From Armatimonadota bacterium (GTDB taxonomy: Bacteria > Armatimonadota > Zipacnadia > Zipacnadales > UBA5352), in NCBI GenBank assembly GCA_034722055.1, contig JAYENL010000076.1:1-10129 (forward strand): a stretch of 10,129 nt of DNA, in the 5' to 3' direction. Of this stretch, positions 6,743-10,129 are shown piece after piece. The position numbers and the translations under genes were made by a program. Within the stretch, counting starts at the first letter, position 1, and each line of letters begins with the position of its first letter. The notes beneath the pieces were generated by a model, which saw nothing but the letters and a program-made list of their open reading frames with translations, made no database searches and was not told the DNA's origin.

Positions 6743-8167
6743 CTACCTCGGCGCCCAGTCCGGCCAGTCCAGCACCTTCCGATACAGCCCCAGCGCCTGC
6801 AGCTTCGCCGCGATCTCGGGACGGGCGGCCTTGCCCGGCCACGCCGACTGCAGGTCCCCGAACTCGTTGCGCTCCAGGCTCAGCAGGAAGTCCAGCATCA
6901 TCTGCTGCAGCTCTTTCGCGCGGTCGGCGTGCTCCTCGATCAGGTTTTTGCGGTTCCACGGGTCCTCATCCACTCGATAGTACTCATCCCGGCCGTCCGA
7001 GCGCCAGACGTACTTCTCCGTCGTCGAACGCCAGGCTTTGAGGCTGTAGTTGTAGCGGCGCACGTCGAAGTCCGGATAGCGGCGTAGGATGCGCTCCATC
7101 ACCTGCACCGGCTTGTAGGCCTCCGCGAGGGCGAATCGCCGCAGATTCTCGCCGCGCGCGGCGTCGATGAGGCTGCGGCTCTGGGTGCAGGCGGGCGCGG
7201 GCACCTCGGCACCGGCGATCTCGCACAGCGTGGCGAAGATGTCCAACGTCTGGGTGATCCTGGAGATGCGCGTGCCCGCCTCGAACAGCTCCGGGCAGCG
7301 CACGATCAGCGGTACGTGGATCAGCGAGTCGCAGATCTCGGCCATGTGCCCCCACCACGGCGGCCGGTCGCCCATGACGTCCCCGTGGTCGGAGGTGAGG
7401 ATGATAACCGTGTCGTCGAAGAGATCGCGGTCGCGGAGCTGCTGGAGGACCGCCGCGAACTTGTCGTCGCAGTTGCGCACGCAGGCGTCGTTGAGCGCGT
7501 AGAGGATCTCCCACTCCCGCTGGCTCATCACCACGTCCTCGGCGTGCATGGCGATGACGTCCTGGCGCTCCATCACCGCCTCCAGCTCCTCCTCGGTGAC
7601 GTCCTCGGGCAGGAACTGGCGCATGTACCCCTCAGGCGGGTGGTAGGTGGCGTGGGGGTCGCTGAAGATGGTGAACAGGAAGAACGGCCGGCTGTCATCC
7701 CGGCCGTCGAGCCACTGCCCGACCTGCTCGATGCGGGCCTGATCGCCGCCCGCCTCGGTCTCCGGCGGCTCCCAGCCGCGCCACGGCTCGCCGTCGGGGC
7801 TGGTGATGCCCACGTAGTGCTCGAAGCCGCGGTCCAGGCCCACCGCGCCCGAGCCCCAGGTGTTGGGCATCAGCCCGCAGGTCTGATAGCCGGCGTCGGA
7901 GAGCACCTCCGCAAGCGTGGGGAGGCCGCGGGCCACATACTCGTGGTCCGCGTCGGCGCGGTGGGTGTAGACGTAGGTGCCCGTGAACATCGAGGCATAG
8001 CCGGGCAGGCTCCAGATGCCCGGCGAGATGTTCTGCTCGCAGAGCACGCCCTCGGCGGCAATGGCGTCCCAGGTGGGCGAGGTCTCCCTGTGGTACCCGT
8101 AGCAGTGCAGGTTGTGCGCGCGCTGCGTGTCCGCGACAAGCAGCAGGACGTTCGGTCGCTTTGCCAT
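6743..8167 (-). CDS. Sulfatase-like hydrolase (alkaline phosphatase superfamily) with a non-canonical active-site signature
   Basis: RPNVLLLVADTQRA, WSLPGYASMFTG, TLAEVLSDAGYQT, GLDRGF, RPFFLF...DPHATY, DDTVIILTSDHGD, HVPLIVRCP. RBS AAGGAGG upstream of ATG 8167. Confidence 0.9.
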   Translation of the reverse strand: MAKRPNVLLLVADTQRAHNLHCYGYHRETSPTWDAIAAEGVLCEQNISPGIWSLPGYASMFTGTYVYTHRADADHEYVARGLPTLAEVLSDAGYQTCGLMPNTWGSGAVGLDRGFEHYVGITSPDGEPWRGWEPPETEAGGDQARIEQVGQWLDGRDDSRPFFLFTIFSDPHATYHPPEGYMRQFLPEDVTEEELEAVMERQDVIAMHAEDVVMSQREWEILYALNDACVRNCDDKFAAVLQQLRDRDLFDDTVIILTSDHGDVMGDRPPWWGHMAEICDSLIHVPLIVRCPELFEAGTRISRITQTLDIFATLCEIAGAEVPAPACTQSRSLIDAARGENLRRFALAEAYKPVQVMERILRRYPDFDVRRYNYSLKAWRSTTEKYVWRSDGRDEYYRVDEDPWNRKNLIEEHADRAKELQQMMLDFLLSLERNEFGDLQSAWPGKAARPEIAAKLQALGLYRKVLDWPDWAPR

Positions 8168-8213
8168 GTCAGACTCCCTCCTTCAGCAGATCGCCAGCCA
8201 TCTTCGTGCGCGG

Positions 8214-8504
8214 TCAGTCAAGCTCCGGGTCCTCCCAGGCCTTGGAGGGCCGGGGGCTGAGATCGGCGCGCGGCACGGTGCGTATCTGTCCGCGGCTGCC
8301 GCGGGAGCCGGCCGAGGGGCGCATACGGCCCACCGGCCGGCCCATTCGCTCGTCATCGACCATCTCGCCGATGTACTCACCCCTCAGCGAGAAGGCCGTG
8401 TCGTCCTGGAAGTAGCCGACATGATGGCCCTCGACATCGTAAAGCTGGTCGTCCTGCCTCCAGCCGAAGAACTCTCCACAGTTGACCTTCCAGATCGGCT
8501 GCAT
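8214..8504 (-). CDS. Small hypothetical protein (96 aa) with short beta-hairpin repeats, possibly a 4-fold beta-flower type domain
   Basis: RBS GGGAGGG (8519-8513) lies 8 nt before ATG. Repeating pattern GEFFGW / LYDVEGHHVGYF / AFSLRGEYIGEM, followed by an Arg/Gly/Pro-rich tail. Co-oriented with its neighbours and fills the gap between them. Confidence 0.72.
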   Translation of the reverse strand: MQPIWKVNCGEFFGWRQDDQLYDVEGHHVGYFQDDTAFSLRGEYIGEMVDDERMGRPVGRMRPSAGSRGSRGQIRTVPRADLSPRPSKAWEDPELD

Positions 8505-8620
8505 CTCTCATTCCCTCCCGATCCGGCGTGCTGCGCTCCGGTCCCCCGTCGCGATGCCAGTGCACACCAGAGCCAGCAATTGCCGTCTCCAGTCGCCCTG
8601 TGCAGTTGTCGTTCGCCGTC

Positions 8621-8750
8621 GCTGGTAGCTGATAGCTGACCGCTGATAGCTGACCGCTGATAGCTGACTGCTGATAGCTGACTGCTGATAGCTGACTGCT
8701 GATAGCTGACCGCTGATAGCTGACTGCTGATAGCTGACTGCTGATAGCTG
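8621..8750. repeat. Tandem heptamer array (GCTGATA alternating with GCTGACC/GCTGACT), 17 units plus degenerate ends
   Basis: Directly visible at 8628-8746; begins 6 nt after the hydrolase stop codon on the minus strand. Confidence 0.97.
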
Positions 8751-8756
8751 CCGTTC

Positions 8757-9791
8757 CTACAGATACCTGTCGAAGAACTCGAACGCCAGGTTCCCTGCGA
8801 AGGCGTGCGGCCCAGGATGTACGTCCACCCACAGGTCCTCCTCAGCGCCGGCGGCGGCGTAGATCCTCTTCAGCGCCTCGATGCTGATGAGCTGGTCCTC
8901 GATGAAGAAGCATTGGTCGTGGACGCCGGCCTCCACCAGCAGGGGCCGCGGCGCGATGAGCCCGGCGATGTCGTGGGTGTCGAAGTAGCGGTGGACCTCC
9001 GGCACGATCTGGGAGCCGCAGAAGTTGGCGCGGTTGACGCCGAACCGCTCCCAGGGGTTGAGGTAGCCAATGATGTCGGCGGCCTTGATGCGCGGCTCAG
9101 CGGCGGTGGTGAAGGTGGTCTGCGTCCCGCCCTGCGACAGGCCCATCATGCCGATGCGGTCGGGATCGACCTCCGGGCGCGTCTCGAGGTAGTCGATGCA
9201 GCGCATCATGTCGAAGATGTTCAGCGTCAGCGTCCAGATGCCGAAGATGGCCCCGCGGATGAAGTGCACGTTGCACTTGTCGCGCCCGCCCACCATCGTG
9301 CCCTCGCTGGCGCGCTCGCCGAAGACGCGCAGGTCGGGGCTGATGGTCAGGTAGCCGCGCTGGGCCATCTGCCAGCCGTAGTCGTAGTTCATGCTCTCGA
9401 TGTCGCCGATGTAGCCCGCCGCGCTGCGATTGCCGGCCACCGGCTCCTTGCCGTGTGCGCCATGCCCGTGGCTGCACAGGATGGCGGGGTTGGAGCCGTC
9501 CTCGGCCATGTCCGCGGGCCGCAGCACCACCGCCGGCACCGACATGTGCTCCTCGGCGTCGAAGATCACGCGCTCGCGGATGATCCCGTCCTCCTCGATG
9601 GAGAAGACCACCTCCGCGTCCAGCGGCGCCGGCTCGGGGAACCGCCCCAGCAGCTCCATGTACTTGGCGTGCGCGGTCTCATGCCACTGCTCGAAGTCCT
9701 CAGGCGTCTCGCCTTCGAACTGCAGCTCCGGCGTGTGTTCCGCGGCGATCCTGTCGAAGTACTCGATCATCGAGAAGTTGCGCTTGGCCAT
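8757..9791 (-). CDS. Alpha/beta-hydrolase (dienelactone hydrolase / acetyl esterase-like), 344 aa
   Basis: PAILCSHGHG, AQRGYLTISPDLRVFGER, IDYLETRPEVDPDRIGMMGLSQGG (G-x-S-x-G nucleophile elbow), LIAPRPLL, GVHDQCF, GPHAF. RBS GGAGAGGAG (9809-9801) supports ATG 9791 (MAKRNF) rather than the ORF-track start at 9923, which lies inside a REP. Confidence 0.88.
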   Translation of the reverse strand: MAKRNFSMIEYFDRIAAEHTPELQFEGETPEDFEQWHETAHAKYMELLGRFPEPAPLDAEVVFSIEEDGIIRERVIFDAEEHMSVPAVVLRPADMAEDGSNPAILCSHGHGAHGKEPVAGNRSAAGYIGDIESMNYDYGWQMAQRGYLTISPDLRVFGERASEGTMVGGRDKCNVHFIRGAIFGIWTLTLNIFDMMRCIDYLETRPEVDPDRIGMMGLSQGGTQTTFTTAAEPRIKAADIIGYLNPWERFGVNRANFCGSQIVPEVHRYFDTHDIAGLIAPRPLLVEAGVHDQCFFIEDQLISIEALKRIYAAAGAEEDLWVDVHPGPHAFAGNLAFEFFDRYL

Positions 9792-9901
9792 CGGTGGACG
9801 CTCCTCTCCCTTGGCTGCCTGTGGCGACTTGAGTTTATCCGCGCGGCCCGCAATCTCCTCCGAAGGGAAGGCAGCCAGTTCGACGAAGGTGCCCATACGG
9901 C

Positions 9902-9926
9902 GTGCAGGCGAGGGCGCCTGCACTAC
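9902..9926 (-). repeat. REP-like hairpin GTAG-TGCAGGCG-CCCT-CGCCTGCAC
   Basis: Perfect 9-bp stem (9902-9910 with 9915-9923) with a GTAG foot on the minus strand. Confidence 0.8.
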
Positions 9927-10010
9927 TTAACTTGGGGCTGCACTACTGAACTTGGAGGTGCACTAGTTAACTTGGGGCTGCACCACTTGACTGAACATGG
10001 CGCTTGCACT
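9919..10010. repeat. 20-bp tandem repeat (TGCACTACTTAACTTGGGGC consensus), three clear copies plus a degenerate 26-bp fourth and the start of a fifth
   Basis: Units start at 9919, 9939, 9959, 9979 (degenerate) and 10005 (TGCACT only). Confidence 0.88.
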
Positions 10011-10129
10011 GTCCAGCCCACAACAGCGGCCGCGTAGCAGTGCCTGCAACTGACAAGCTCACGCGCTCAAGCTCAAGCCCAAGCGCTGAAGCGCGCAGGC
10101 GGAAGCGCTCGTGTACCTGAGCGGAAGCG

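Noticed and set aside
5876..6959. ORFs of 68-226 aa across the repeat region
   Set aside because: They are translations of REP hairpins and heptamers (LSGWKPDLR, SAISGQL), overlap in several frames and lack protein-like motifs.
9792..9923. 44-aa N-terminal extension of the hydrolase
   Set aside because: The start lies inside a REP hairpin, and a strong RBS precedes ATG 9791.
9958..9971. Overlapping palindromic hexamers GTGCAC/ACTAGT/GTTAAC suggesting a synthetic polylinker
   Set aside because: They arise from point variants within the natural 20-bp repeat, and no vector sequence is evident.
9919..10010. Mini-CRISPR or plasmid iteron origin
   Set aside because: The units are head-to-tail with no unique spacers, and there is no rep gene or extended AT-rich unwinding region in view.

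Overview
High-GC (roughly 68-70% by eye) bacterial window with seven credible protein genes and unusually repeat-rich intergenic DNA. A 5'-truncated non-pyrrolysine MttB-family methyltransferase on the + strand converges on six minus-strand genes. In transcription order these are an alpha/beta-hydrolase (esterase-like), a small beta-rich hypothetical protein, a sulfatase-fold enzyme with a non-canonical S-L-P-G-Y signature, an L-fucose isomerase-family enzyme, an FG-GAP/PL11-like beta-propeller, and a secreted PqaA-family hydrolase. The spacers hold more than a dozen GTAG/GTGG-footed REP-like hairpins with several unrelated stem sequences. Several of these are assembled into a ~203-bp module present twice, plus one internally deleted copy. 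There are also two GCTGAYH heptamer arrays with shared boundaries just after stop codons, and a 20-bp tandem repeat that reiterates the foot of a REP. I see no rRNA, tRNA, CRISPR array or transposase. The most unusual signals are the repeat architecture and the altered sulfatase motif. A sugar-catabolism role for the gene cluster is inference only.
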